From: Paraphysomonas bandaiensis
Lineage: Eukaryota; Protista; Chrysophyceae
Assembly: GCA_965644295.1 (NCBI GenBank)
Contig: CBFFRP010000285.1
Location: forward strand, 96,130-160,129
DNA: 64,000 nucleotides
Reading direction: 5' to 3'
The notes under the pieces were generated by a model that did no database searches, was not told the origin of the DNA, and saw nothing but the letters and a program-made list of their open reading frames with translations. Shown here in pieces: positions 38,496-51,273 of the stretch. Position numbers and translations under genes: made by a program. The first letter of the stretch is position 1, and each line of letters starts with the position of its first letter.

Positions 38496-40217
38496 CTATC
38501 CTGTATGATGATAAAATATGAACCCATCTGACTCTTCTATCGGCAATGGATATGACTGATCTTTACCACTTCTATCTGCTACTTGAGAATCATCTGGTGA
38601 TGTATCATTCGAACCAGGCGTGGGCGCAGGGAGTGGTGGATCGCATTGATCGTGAATTATGTGCAGAAGTGGAGGATCGTTATCGTGAGCACGTGTGATA
38701 GCCTCGACTTTCCCCTCATACGCAGGAAGATCCACTTGATCCTGGCTACTTCTTCGCAACGACTTATTCTTTGGCGACCTACTATCATGTGGTGATAAAC
38801 TGGGGTGTCCCTTGCTTCTAGGTGACGAGCAAGTACTACTCTGTCTCTCTCGATTAACCAGTGGTGGTGTATTTTGATTTTTTCCACGAATTGTCGTATC
38901 AATATTCTTTTTCCGTGCTCTCATTGGCGTCGTAGTCTCCTCCGGCTTCCGGCTTCCAACCAGTGCTCTATTCTGGTGTGGTCCTCCTCTTGAAACCGGT
39001 CTTTTTGTGTTTCGTTGTGTATTTAGAGTCCCTCGACGATGACTCTCCTCTGAAACCTTATGGGGCTGTCCTGATTGTGTACGAGCTCCTACTCGAACAC
39101 GAGTCCTGTTGTCGATACGTTGAGTAGTTCGTTGAGTAGACTTGATTGAATTCTTGCTGGAAGTATTTAGAGTGTCTCCTCTAGGTGGGCGTCTCTTCGT
39201 AGTAGTACCGTTTACCCCCCTGTGTGTGGGTGCCCTCGTGACAGGTTGGATTGGTGACGGTGCATTTGAGTACCGTGCCTCTGCACGTCCTCTGGTCCGT
39301 GCTGAGGGTGATTCCTCAGGGGTTCTTACCAATCTAGATGTATTTGCAAACGATGAAGTTCTGGTCTCGTGAGTGGGACACCTCTCACCCGAAAGCAACA
39401 GGCAAGCTGAGCAACGTAACCCTGGGTCCTGGCTACGTCGAGGTGGTGAGAGGGAGGCTGTACTCCAGCGCGGTCGGCTTCTACGTCGTGGTGGAGACTG
39501 TGATGCCATCGTGCGTAACGGGAGACGAAAACCCGGTACATACTCCATCTGTACATCACGAATGTGGTCAGATGGATCCACTTCTAGGAAATGGCGAAGA
39601 GGGCGTGCTAGTGGTACCTCAGGAGACGGCTTAGGAGAAAAGTGCTCTTCAATGGCATCATGAGGCGATATAGGCAATGGGGGAGGAAGAATAGTAATAT
39701 CATCCAATTCACCCTCGCCACACTCAATATGATCGACACTGGGCTCTGGAATGACGGCAGGCTGCGGAACTGGTCTTCTTGGTAGTAAGCATACGCTCAC
39801 TTCACCTTTGATAGATCCGCTCCGAGTATGCACACCTTTAGCATGATTCATAATCGTTTCAAACTTCGCCGTACATAATACTTTCAATGATGTTATAAAG
39901 TTATATGATTCACTGTTATTTTTATCCGGATGTAGTAATACTTTACAGTAACTAACTGCACGTAAGTCCTTTTTATCCAATACATATATATTGAGCTCAT
40001 CTGATATTAAACTATTCGGATCTGATACATTCATATCATCAGGTAACAAACAAAGTGTTCCTCCATATGTATCTAATGGTGTTTTAAACTCATATAAACA
40101 TGTATCTGATTGTTTAAAGTTAAATGCCACTATACCGCTATGTAAACTAGTTTCCAGTTCCAATACACGGAAATCTAGAGCGTATCTGTGGGTTAACATG
40201 AAGGATAAGTCAGTCAT
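38496..40217 (-). CDS. Uncharacterised protein (beta-rich N-terminal domain, Pro/Arg/Ser/Thr-rich tail)
   Basis: 573-aa ORF with the same 5'-AT-rich pattern as neighbouring genes; no family recognised. Confidence 0.6.
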   Translation of the reverse strand: MTDLSFMLTHRYALDFRVLELETSLHSGIVAFNFKQSDTCLYEFKTPLDTYGGTLCLLPDDMNVSDPNSLISDELNIYVLDKKDLRAVSYCKVLLHPDKNNSESYNFITSLKVLCTAKFETIMNHAKGVHTRSGSIKGEVSVCLLPRRPVPQPAVIPEPSVDHIECGEGELDDITILPPPLPISPHDAIEEHFSPKPSPEVPLARPLRHFLEVDPSDHIRDVQMEYVPGFRLPLRTMASQSPPRRRSRPRWSTASLSPPRRSQDPGLRCSACLLLSGERCPTHETRTSSFANTSRLVRTPEESPSARTRGRAEARYSNAPSPIQPVTRAPTHRGVNGTTTKRRPPRGDTLNTSSKNSIKSTQRTTQRIDNRTRVRVGARTQSGQPHKVSEESHRRGTLNTQRNTKRPVSRGGPHQNRALVGSRKPEETTTPMRARKKNIDTTIRGKNQNTPPLVNRERQSSTCSSPRSKGHPSLSPHDSRSPKNKSLRRSSQDQVDLPAYEGKVEAITRAHDNDPPLLHIIHDQCDPPLPAPTPGSNDTSPDDSQVADRSGKDQSYPLPIEESDGFIFYHHTG

Positions 40218-40782
40218 AAGGAGAAGATTGAGTGAAATACATGAATTTTCATAACTAGTTATGTTAAGTATGTGGTATAGACATGAATGAGATGAGTATG
40301 TATATATATATATATGTATGTATGTGTTAATAGGCCTTGTTCACACTATTCATATTTTAAATATATTATACAACAGTATTATGGAAAGTCCAGATATCTA
40401 TACTTTGGTGTCATTGAAACTATGGATTTTCTATCACAGGTTTTAGACTTTGTGTATTGACTTCTCGTCTGATTGTATGTACAGTGGTACATAAATTCCC
40501 CAATTTTCACTGTATATACTTTAATATCCTGATATCCATGTATCCCGAGCCCCTGAAATTCTAGTTTCCTAGCTTTAAATACACTGCTGTAGGTACGTAC
40601 TGCTGTATATATAATATCGCAAGCTTGGTGATAGAGTTGTATATATGCTATGGGCTATAGGATATATATAGTGAACAAGTTCCTGTAGTTATCGTTGTTG
40701 ATTAGAATCTAATATATATTCATCGGCTAAGATATATTGTCTACTTGTTGCTACTACTGATTAAGCCATAGCCTTGAATAAT

Positions 40783-41786
40783 ATGTGTAGATACGCACTG
40801 TCGTTACTCTGTCTGGGTGTCTTGTCTTTCCCTTCTGTTAATTGCTTAAATAAGATGGATATGGATAATGCTATTGTTTCAGAAGGAGAATATTTTTTAC
40901 CTAATGATAGGTGAGAAGCATAATAAACAGCTTGATTTGAAAAATAAGATATTGTATCAGGAAAAGCGACTTTGGAGTGTTGAGAGATATGAGAGACAAT
41001 ACAACTGCGATGGCCAAATTTGAATCCTACCTTCAGTCGCGGCCACGTGACTGGAGAACAGATAGTGAAGCTTATGACCTTATCGAAAACTTTATGTGGG
41101 GACAAGAGAACGGATTGGTAATGGAAATAGGAGGCCTTGATGGAGAATTTCTGAGCCAGTCACTTCCTCTCGTCAAATCCCTTGGATGGCACCGAATATT
41201 AGTAGAGGGATCCCCCAGTTATAAGCGTGACTTACAGGCAAAAGCTAAAGATTCTTTTGCGTGGAGTGCTGCGGTATGCAATCACGCACAGTTTGTTCAC
41301 TACGTTGATAGAGGGCACAAAGGAATCAACGGCATATTGGAGTTCATGGACCCACGATTTATGCAATCTTTCCATAGAAAATTTCTTTATCTAAATAGGA
41401 CAGAATGGGCGAAAAGTTCCTCTGTGACTGTTATGCCATGCTTTCCTCTGCGTATGATGTTTAAGAGGATGAGACTTACCCATGTGCATTATTTCAGCCT
41501 CGATGTGGAGGGCGGTGAATTATCGGTGCTGCATTCTGTGGATTTTGATGCTGTTAGTTTTGATGTCATATCTGTGGAAATTGAAAAGGCGTTCAGACCT
41601 GCATCACATGAAGCAGATATCACTGAATTCTTGGCCTCAAAGAATTACGAGAAAGTTTGGTGCCAAGGTCGGAATGCGTGGTTCAAACGCAAGGGTTTCA
41701 ATATCATTCCTCGCAACCCTGCTTGGAGTGGATCCACGGAAGAGGAGTTGCGCAGTTGCCCAGGTACCCCAATAAAACTTAAGTGA
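40783..41786 (+). CDS. FkbM-family (Methyltransf_21) methyltransferase with signal peptide; 1 intron
   Basis: MEIGGLDG, LGWHRILVEG, HYFSLDVEGGELSVL, VISVE; hydrophobic N-terminal exon splices in frame. Confidence 0.85.
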
Positions 41787-42617
41787 TAACGAAGTGTAAT
41801 AATAATAGGAATATTTTACAGCTACACTTTTGCTATTTGCTATGTTGTGTTTGTGTTTAGATAAGACTCCTATACCAATAGTATTGATTCAATAGCAATG
41901 TAAATTGCGTGGTCTGGGTATATCTGAAAAGCTTTGTAGTTACTATATGAACATTGTAGCCAATCAATAATTTTGAAGGTGCTGCATCAGATAAAGCCTC
42001 ACTAAAAGTGTGAAAATTGGGCCATTGCTGACATCATGTATTTCTCTAATTGGCTGTAACTGCTGAACGGCTCACTAAAAGCTTCATGAAATATGGACAG
42101 GCGTAAGTCAAATCGTATGAAAGTATCGTTCGAAAATTTGAGCTTACTAACAGGATAATATACACATAAAAGTTAATTACACTATAAATCTTAAATGATG
42201 CATGCCGCTCATTACAGTGACGAAATACGAACTATAAGATGTCAGTTGCATGCTAGGTGTACCAAATGTTTCCTTATCTTCCAACAAAGAGAGGACACCT
42301 GTGCTTCGACAGACATAAGTGCATCAGTGCACTGAAGAATCCGGACCCTATAATTCCATAGAGCATTATTCATGATTAATCTATCAATGAGAACGCAAGT
42401 TTGGGCAGTAGAGAAAGGACAGGGTGTCACACGCCCTAGCAAAGCTTAGCGCGACTCTCTTCATATTTGCCGGTATCGGGACCAATGCCTGTTAGTACCA
42501 CTATATCTGTTAGGAAGATGCTCCAGCGCTTTCACCATTTTCGTTTCTTTTCATTTCAGAAAACACAAGCCAATTACTGCGCACTCGCGATTTAAGAACA
42601 TGAAGAGTCAAGAGTCC

Positions 42618-42992
42618 ACATACCTACCTACCTACCTACCTACCTACCTACATACCTACCTACATACATACATACATACATACATACATACATACATACA
42701 TACATACCTACCTACCTACCTACCTACCTACATACATACATACATACATACCTACCTACCTACATACATACATACATACATACATACATACATACATACA
42801 TACATACATACATACATACATACATACATACATACATACATACATACATACATACATACATACATACATACATACATACATACATACATACATACATACA
42901 TACATACATACATACATACATACATACATACATACATACATACATACATACATACATACATACATACATACATACATACATACATACATACA

Positions 42993-43022
<30 letters not shown>
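42618..43022. repeat. (TACC)/(TACA)n microsatellite
   Basis: Direct reading. Confidence 0.98.
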
Positions 43023-43023
<1 letters not shown>

Positions 43024-43120
43024 TTCAAAAGAGGCCATCAAGTCAGTGTGCATATAAGTATATCCTTCAAGGACTATCACAATCACATACTTCCTTACTT
43101 CTCATATCAAACAATCATCT

Positions 43121-45403
43121 ATGAATAATTTTGGTACATTTACTGATTTAAAACAACAGTATGGTGATGATAGTAAACTCATCCGATTTATTAATACATT
43201 ACAGCAAATATTAACACAAAAAACTGATTCATCACAATTTATTAATGGAAATCCACGTATATTTTCTGAAATACCAGTCATTAATAATCGTGTATTAGAT
43301 TTATATGAATTTTATCAACAAACAAAATTACGTGGTGGATATGAGGCTGTTACACAACAAAACAGATGGGGAGAGATAGCTACAGCAATGAAATGTCCTG
43401 GTGATCCACAACAATATAGTCATATATTACAACAATGTTTTTTGAAATTTTTAAAAGATTTTGAAGAAGCTATACTGAAAAAAAGTTCTCAAGTACATGT
43501 TACGGCCCCTATAGGATCACATACTTCTCGTCCATCTGCTACTAGTGGTGTCACGTTTTCTACAAGAAATATATATGATAATACTGGACAAAGTGTTACA
43601 AATTCTACTACAAGTGGAGGAGTAGTATCAGGAATGCCACCCACAAAGCGCTCTCGTCCTGAAGATATGTCGCAGCCTGCTGTTAATCGACCTGCTCCCC
43701 CCCAACCAGTACGATATCCTCAACAGCAGCAGCATGTTGACTCACAAATGAGAAGTGCACCTGGACAACAAGTAGCGCGTGCTCCTCCCACATCTACTAC
43801 AGGAACGGTGGCTGCTAGCTCGCCTTCCCCTTCTCAGGCGCTTCAGCCACTTTCTGCCCAGCATATATCTATTGCAGTGCGGTATATACAGTCGAACGAC
43901 ACGGACCTCGTGAACCAAGGACTTAATGCCCTCATGCAGGCCTCTATGGACGCTGAGTCTGGTCCACTATCTCAGGCTAGAGCAGCCCTACACCTCGAGA
44001 AGTTCCCCTCTCTTTTAACCGCCCTGGGATCTTTACTGGACACTGTTAATCCTTTCACGCGCATCCTGTTTGCCTTTGATCAAACTGCTGCTCGCCTCGA
44101 TGGTGCCAAGTTCACTCTTAGCACTGAGGAAAACAAAAGTCAGCTTTACTGGAACGAGGAGAATCCACTGGATAATGACAATGCATTGCAAGCCATGGCA
44201 CGGGCCTTGGATTCAAACTCTGTATTAATCGCAGCGCTCACTATTCTACGAAATATGAGTTTTGAGGTGAGATGGTTTTGTTATATTGCATCCGTGCTCA
44301 GTCAATGTTTTACAGATGTCGAACATGCAGCAAATTGCAAACTCTGCACCGATAGTTCAACACTTAGTCGCGCTGCTGATGGTGGCGGCTTCGCCCTCTT
44401 CCACCGCACCCCCAGTCCCGAATACACATGTTTCCCGCTTGCGAAACTCATCGCTCACTCAAGCGAGTTCGTATGCTGTGGATACGCTCTATCATATCGC
44501 CCGATATATAGATATCACGGGTCGGAGACGACTAGCAATTACTTCTGAGGACTGCTGGCTGCGAGACACATTCGAGTACACTGGTACAGATAGAGATGCC
44601 CTGAAAGTGCAGTTGTCGGAGCAAATGTCGTCTGTGTCGATCGCGCGATACGTTTCTGCGACCTCACGCATCTACCCTGCACTCCTCCGGTGTATGTCCC
44701 GTACGTTTGAAAGAGATATTGTGCGACGCTGCCTTGGTATCTTCACTAAGCTGTCCTCGGTGCCAGAAAATGCAGTGGTTGTCTGTAAATGTTGTCCCGA
44801 CAAAGATCTCGCCTTTCTCGTTCAGTTACTGTGCGTAAGCACCACCACGTGTGAGGCCATAAGTACTCAACAATCTGGAGATGCGCATAGGTTCAGTAAG
44901 GTCCCAGCGTGTGCCGGCGAGTTTTCTGAATTTTGTGACATGGAAATACGGGATTTGACTCTTGATGCGTTACGGACGCTCTGTATGCACACGGACGCTT
45001 CGCTTGCCCCACAATCAGGCTCCTTACCTGTTGAAGCTGTGAATGAGGTTCCAGAGTCCTTAAAAGAACGTATAGCATCTCAACCTTCGTGTCTTAGATA
45101 TTTGGCCAATATAATTACCTCAACAAAGACTCAGAAGTCAGAGGGATTTCATCGGTCCTTAGCGTTATTGTCGCTTCTAGCCCTAGACTCAAAAAATCAC
45201 CAAAAGTTTATGAGCATTCAAACGGACCTTCACCTAGCCGCGCTTTCCGACGACGCTGTCTCAGGTACCTTACGATTAAATGCAACGTGCAATACCTAAC
45301 TTTTTTCACAGAGCACATAATGCAACCTGCGATGCGTAGTATATTGCAAGAACATATGTATGCTATAGCTGACACAGCTGTGATGGACCCTGAAATTGCG
45401 TAG
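43121..45403 (+). CDS. ARID-domain protein with C-terminal ARM-like region (SWI/SNF ARID1/ARID2-like); 2 introns
   Basis: PVINNRVLDLYEFYQ..RGGYEAV..WGEIA..FLKDFE; TILRNMSFE; last exon ends TAG at 45403. Confidence 0.8.
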
Positions 45404-45560
45404 TGTTTGACAGTGACTAAAATGTGACGAAATAGTAGCAAGATAGTATTTTTTGTTGTGTGACCATGCGATATTTGGTATTAATTGACTATCACACATA
45501 CGAGGTCTTCTTTCACACGCCAGTACAAAAGAAGTAGAATATCAAAACACAGCCCGGAGA

Positions 45561-46077
45561 TATTGAAAGTCTTATTATTAGCAATAGGCGTTAAATACCT
45601 GCACCAACTTAGTAGCTAGATGAATGCTAGACAAACTAGTTAGACCTCTACCTGGAACTAATCAGTACACACATTTTTATCCTACTATTTAACGCTACGG
45701 AAGCTGCTTGTGCGTCGCCGCAAGCACCAAGGTGCGACCACTTCCGCTCTGAGTTCTTAAGGTGAACATCCCGGCTGCTTGACTTCAGCAGGCAGCCCAA
45801 TACCCCGGTTACCCTTCAGGTGGGTCCTGACCCTTATTCCCTTGAGGTGAGCCCATTCTTGGATGCCTGTTTATTTGTCAGGGCCCAAAGACCAAATACG
45901 TCTACACAAGTGACACTAATTGGTGTCCCTTGTACCACACAAGCATTCGGCTATGCGTGGGCAGAAGAATATCTGCTGACTATGTTTGCGGCTCACGGTA
46001 GTTTCCCAGAGAGAATCTCTCCGGTACTTATCCCCCAAAGCAGCACGAAAAGGTGCGAGTCCGACTTTGTTATGGGC
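45561..46077 (-). mobile_element. Non-autonomous retroelement (SINE/SIDE-like), copy 2, most complete
   Basis: 45561-45750 is the reverse complement of LINE 3' end 22007-22197 at high identity; 5' part shared with copies 1 and 3. Confidence 0.85.
45990..46076 (-). ncRNA. Candidate HDV-like self-cleaving ribozyme at the 5' end of the element (decayed copy)
   Basis: Manual fold of the three-copy consensus gives P1, P2, P3/L3, GG, P4 and J4/2 in HDV order; not tested computationally. Confidence 0.55.
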
Positions 46078-46940
46078 TCCAAATTCGTAATGTGTGATGT
46101 GATAACGAGGTTTTAACGCAGCCGATAAATGAGAGCATTGAAGAAAAATTGATGATTCAAATTTAGCAGTAGTAAATAATGTTGACAAATAATTCAAGAA
46201 AATGCTTTTTTTTCTACTAGGTGCATGCAATCTAACAGAAACAGCATTGAATGGCCCTTAATGGCCATCACCCAAAATGGTTATTATAGTGGCTGTTAAA
46301 ATAGTGGGAAGGTTGGCCTCTCATTATAGATTTCTTTTAATTTTGAAAGATACTGTTTGATTGTGTAGAATGGCTTTCAGTAGATCTAAAATGAGTATTC
46401 TGCACAAATTCATGGACCTTATCGGTTGAATAGTTGAATACCATTATGTCTGTAGAAGCCAATACAGTTGAAGATTATATACGTGCTTGTAACGAGTAAC
46501 TAATTTAATTAGAAAATAGATGACAATTGAATTGAAATAATTGCAATTATATTTGCGCGATCTATAGCTAATAATTGCAATGAATTGCTACGCAGCCCTG
46601 ATAGATGGTGATGAGATTCAAGGCATACCCACTTGAGTGTGTGAGTGATGACTTGAAGTAATACATAGTATATAATATATGTTTCTAATAGATTGCGATT
46701 GAACAATACTTAAATAGCGTACAGCTAATTCCCAAGTACAACAAGTAGGACTAGACGCAGAAGAGGAACAAACATGAACAATAAAATTGCTTTTCAGCTT
46801 CTAGATGCTGAGTTTCTTCCTAAGTGAAATAAAAAGTTTTAACACGTGATACATATCCATTAATTAACATCACAAGTGTAGAAACTTTAGCATTGAATGC
46901 ACGTCCTAACACATGATGAGCTGCAAGATGCCTTATTCGT

Positions 46941-48148
46941 CTATCTACTGTCAGCACTGCGACTGCGGCTGGAGGAATCCCTTCTACCTCTTCCTCGACC
47001 CCTTCCCCTGGATCTGGATCGTGAAGAAGACATAGACGACCTAGAGGACGCTGATGATCTGGACGACGTTGAAGAAGAAGATCTCGACGAGCTGCTGTAA
47101 GACCTCGACGACGATGGAGACCTTCTCCGGCGCCCAAGAGATCGAGATCGGGATCGGGATCGGGATCTTTCTCTGGTATTCCTGCTGTCTCTGTCCCGTC
47201 TTACAGGGGGAGAGCCGGATCTGCGTCTTCGTACAGGTGACCTGGATCGTTGTCTAGGCCCCGGACCAGCCCGACGGTATGCAGGCGATGGAGATCGCCG
47301 GCGACGTGGAGGAGAGAGCCTAACTCACTATGTAAGAAGTAGCAGACATAGTAAAATTTTAGGAAAACAGCAACCTGCGATTGCCTCTTCGTGGGGAGAA
47401 GTCTCGTCTTCCATATCCTCTGTCCCTACCATATCCTCTGTCGCCTCTTCCACGGGGAGAACGAGACCTGTCACCTCTTCCCACAGGTCGGCGGTCTCTA
47501 CTACGATCTCTTCCTCCCCGGCGAACACTTTCCCCAGCAGGCTTCTCATCATCGCGATGACGGCCTGCACTACGCTCACCATCTCCGCCACCAGAATCTG
47601 CCCTACGTCTGCGTTGCTGATCAACTAAAACGTAGGACACCCTCAAGACATTTCCATCCAACTGGCCGCCATCCATATGTAGCTGAGCCGTCTCCGCTTC
47701 AGATGCAGAAGAGTATTCCACGTGTGCATATCCTTTCGATAAATTAACTCGATGGTCTACTTGAAGCTCAACCTACCAAAACAAAAATGAATACCATATA
47801 TATACAACTCGAATATATACTAGTTTAAATGCATTATATTCATATTATGTATGTATTGATCCACTGTATTTACCTTCTTTAAAGTTCCATATGTTCCAAA
47901 TATTTCTTTAATATGATCATTAGTAACATTTCTGTATTTCATAATCACATTAATTTGTATTTATTTTTTGTTATAATAAAAATATTTTTTAGTTACCTTG
48001 TAAGATTACTGACGTGTATAGTGCATCCCTCTGTATTGTCCTTCTCATTTGACTCTGTATAGTAAGAAGGGATTAGAATATCTATATATGTATATTGGAG
48101 GGAGTATGGAGTGTTACCTGCAGAGCCACCATCACGTTCTGCACTCAT
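46941..48148 (-). CDS. RNPS1/SR45-like RRM plus RS-domain splicing factor; multi-exon
   Basis: IHVSNLTR|NVTNDHIKEIFGTYG, KGYAHVEY, HMDGGQLDGNVL, long Arg/Ser tail. Confidence 0.85.
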
Positions 48149-48368
48149 TGTATGTTGGGTTGGGATATACCTTATACCAAGAGAACCTTGATATAGTGTG
48201 GTATGTTTGGAATATGCACTCTGTGCTATATGATATACATGCATGCACACCTCAATAGACCATACCACACTACTACATACATACACATCATACACAGCAG
48301 TACAATATAGCAGTGGATGCCGCTGTAGATCTAGAATACATAGACATGCATACATGCATACATACATA

Positions 48369-51273
48369 TGTTACGACCCGTGAGAAAAATGTGCCAGTCG
48401 ATGAACTGGCAGTGCCAGTTCATCGACTGGCAGTTTTTGACTATCACTCAAAAACCCACCAAGAAAGTGAACCCGTCAGTGAAGTGGTTTATCCAGCCGT
48501 GTTTTTTTTCATTCCACCCACATACCATCGTAAGATATCGTAGTTGATGATTATCGCTCAATGCAACAGCATGATAGTAATATAAGTGCTACATATATCA
48601 TTGTATCAAACAAGAAGGAATGACATCGGTGGTTAAAACTGTCTCATCAGGGAGCACTGTACGACCAGAAGTTGCATCGTCAGTAGACGACAACACTAGA
48701 TCTATCACTGATTCCATTAAAATTGAAGAACACAAACAACTGTTCTATCTGAATGCACAAAACGCTTTCGCAAATTCAATTAAAATTTTCTCTCAGTCGA
48801 AATACCTTGAGATCGTAGAGTCGATGAAATCATTTGACTCCAAGCCTCATAGGAACCACTCCTGTCTAGACTACCGATGGCAGAGGTCATATATTCTGCT
48901 GCTGGTTCCTGATGATAAAGGTGAAAAAGCAATTTTGGTCCGAAGGAAAGATCACAGCGATGAAACTCAAGTGAAGGGAATGAGACGACTTGCTTATATT
49001 GACACTATTCGGTATTGCCATGTTGAAGAGGGAGGTCATCCTGGACCTAGGGGAACTCACGAGGCTGTTTGGACAACATTCTAGAAGAGGTTTTAGTAAC
49101 CTACCATTCTCAGAAACGTTTCTAGCCAAAATCCAAACAGAAGAGGATCTAGAAGAGCTTGTAGCTATGAATAATGTTATCGAGGGCCATGAACCAGAGG
49201 AATGTACAGTTGCGGCTTCAGCGAATGAGTCTGTTGCAGTATTGGTAAATGAGCACGGTGATACTCCATCAAGAGGGGCGAAAAGTAAAGCAGTGAGTGC
49301 CGCACTAGCTGAACAAGGCGAAAGGTTGAAAAGATTTTCCACGTCTGGCACTCCAACCGATGAGGCGCAACTCCTACAGGTGGGTAGTGTTGTTTTAGTC
49401 AAACCACATCAGGTGGACCGAGGACAAGTTGATGAAATCAGGTTTCCAGCTGTTGTTGTTGAGGTTACCCCCAATGAATTACTTCGTCTGTACGCTCCCG
49501 GGGAAGTTTTAAACTCGTGTTATAACCGATCAGATCTGATTCAAGAGCCGAGTAAGACCCCTGCTTCTTACCAACGTCATCTTGGAAACTATGAGAACTG
49601 GAGAAATTCGAAGACTATATCAGAGAGAGAAGCTGCAATTATGTTTTCTCCATCCCTTGGACAGGGGTTTAGTAATTGTAGTTGCAAGGGTAAGTGCAAC
49701 AGTAATAAATGTGTGTGCAAGAAGAATGGATTTCTCTGTAACTAGGTGCCACAAAAGCAATTTGCTTGCGTACTGTAACAAGTAGTTGGTGCCATAGTAA
49801 TCTACAGACTACTACTTAACTGAGTAGAAAAACAACCTTAACAAGTAACATGAATCTTATTTGGTACTGGTTGCATGAATCTTATTAGCAACTAGTGATA
49901 TATAAATCGCTATTTATTAACATCATCAGTACATCAGCTCTAAGTATTTTAGTAGCTATTTACCTTAATATTGTGTCCACTGTCTGCAGATGATGATGAT
50001 ATACTGTCTGCAGATGATATATGTAATGAATAGAGTGTAGAAAGCCTATCACATAATAGTCATATTATTGAGTAGATCTTGATTCATATAGAGTCGATAT
50101 TCATAATAATTGTACATATTCAGACATGGAATATGTACAAGCGAAAGCATATACAATAGAGAGCTCATAGTATAAAATAACCCGATAGCTGGTTACTACA
50201 AGTAACATGAATATTATTTGCTACTAGTGATATAAACTAACATCACTAGTACATCAGTTATAACTAATGTAATCAGTTGTTATCGTACAGCCTATAAGGA
50301 GTATCCGCTGTCATCATATATGTAATGAATATAGAGTATCATCTGTACAATAGTACTACATTAATTAAAAACATCAGTATATCAGTTATAAGTAATTTAG
50401 TCACTATTTACCTTGTTATCGTGTCCACTGTATGGGGAAGTGGACCAACTAATGTCTCCAGGGACACAGCACTCTGCAGTTGATGTAACGCACATACTGG
50501 AAGAATTCCTCACCACGGGTTAATGGCACCGTCGAAGATCCGATGCGAACTTACTCTCAGACATTGGTCCAAAGCTAGGAGATATTACAGACCCCAACCA
50601 CCAATGGGACCTACATCAATACATCCTCAGGCGAGACAGCACGTACGCTACACAAACGCAGCGAGACCCGCAGTATTGGACCCGCAGTGGAACGAGGCTC
50701 ACACACAAACTCCATCCAATCCGCACCCATAACTCCCCTAACACTACATCTCTTTCCCAGACCGCATACGCGAAACGGTATACGTCTGGAACAAATCCCA
50801 TGCAATGGGAAGAAATCGAGTCAAAAGCAAAACCGGGAATGACCAGACAACAGTTGCCGCATGCATAGACTGTAGACTCACCAATCAGAGAATATGACAA
50901 ACCAAGTTAGTAAGACTATAGATATATACATAGATTCTAGTCACAACCGTTCCCATGTAAAAATAAGATATTCTTATGTCTTATCCATGCTCTCATGAAG
51001 AAGGAAGTAGCACTGAAGAGGGATAGAGATATCTATCTTGATACTGAAGGCTGGTAGGCTGGAATAGCATCTTGTGGGCTAATAATCAGGAGCTCTTATG
51101 ATTCTAGTTATGAGATGCTGTCTGCTGATATCACACGCTGGGAATCCGAGTGGACCTCCTGTATACTTGACTGTATTTCCCGTATATCGTTTACTTTCAA
51201 CATCATCAAACCAGTCGATGAACTGGCAGGTGCCAGTTCATCGACTGGTTTATTTTTCTCACGGGTCGTAACA
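48369..51273 (+). mobile_element. Ginger-like (KRBA2/SCAND3-related integrase) DNA transposon, internally deleted
   Basis: TIR TGTTACGACCCGTGAGAAAAAT / ATTTTTCTCACGGGTCGTAACA; CATA on both flanks (4-bp TSD); broken ORFs 48620-49785 with an HxxxGH zinc motif, IQTEEDLEE and a QGFSNCSC..C..C..C..CN-RCH tail; no DDE core seen. Confidence 0.85.
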
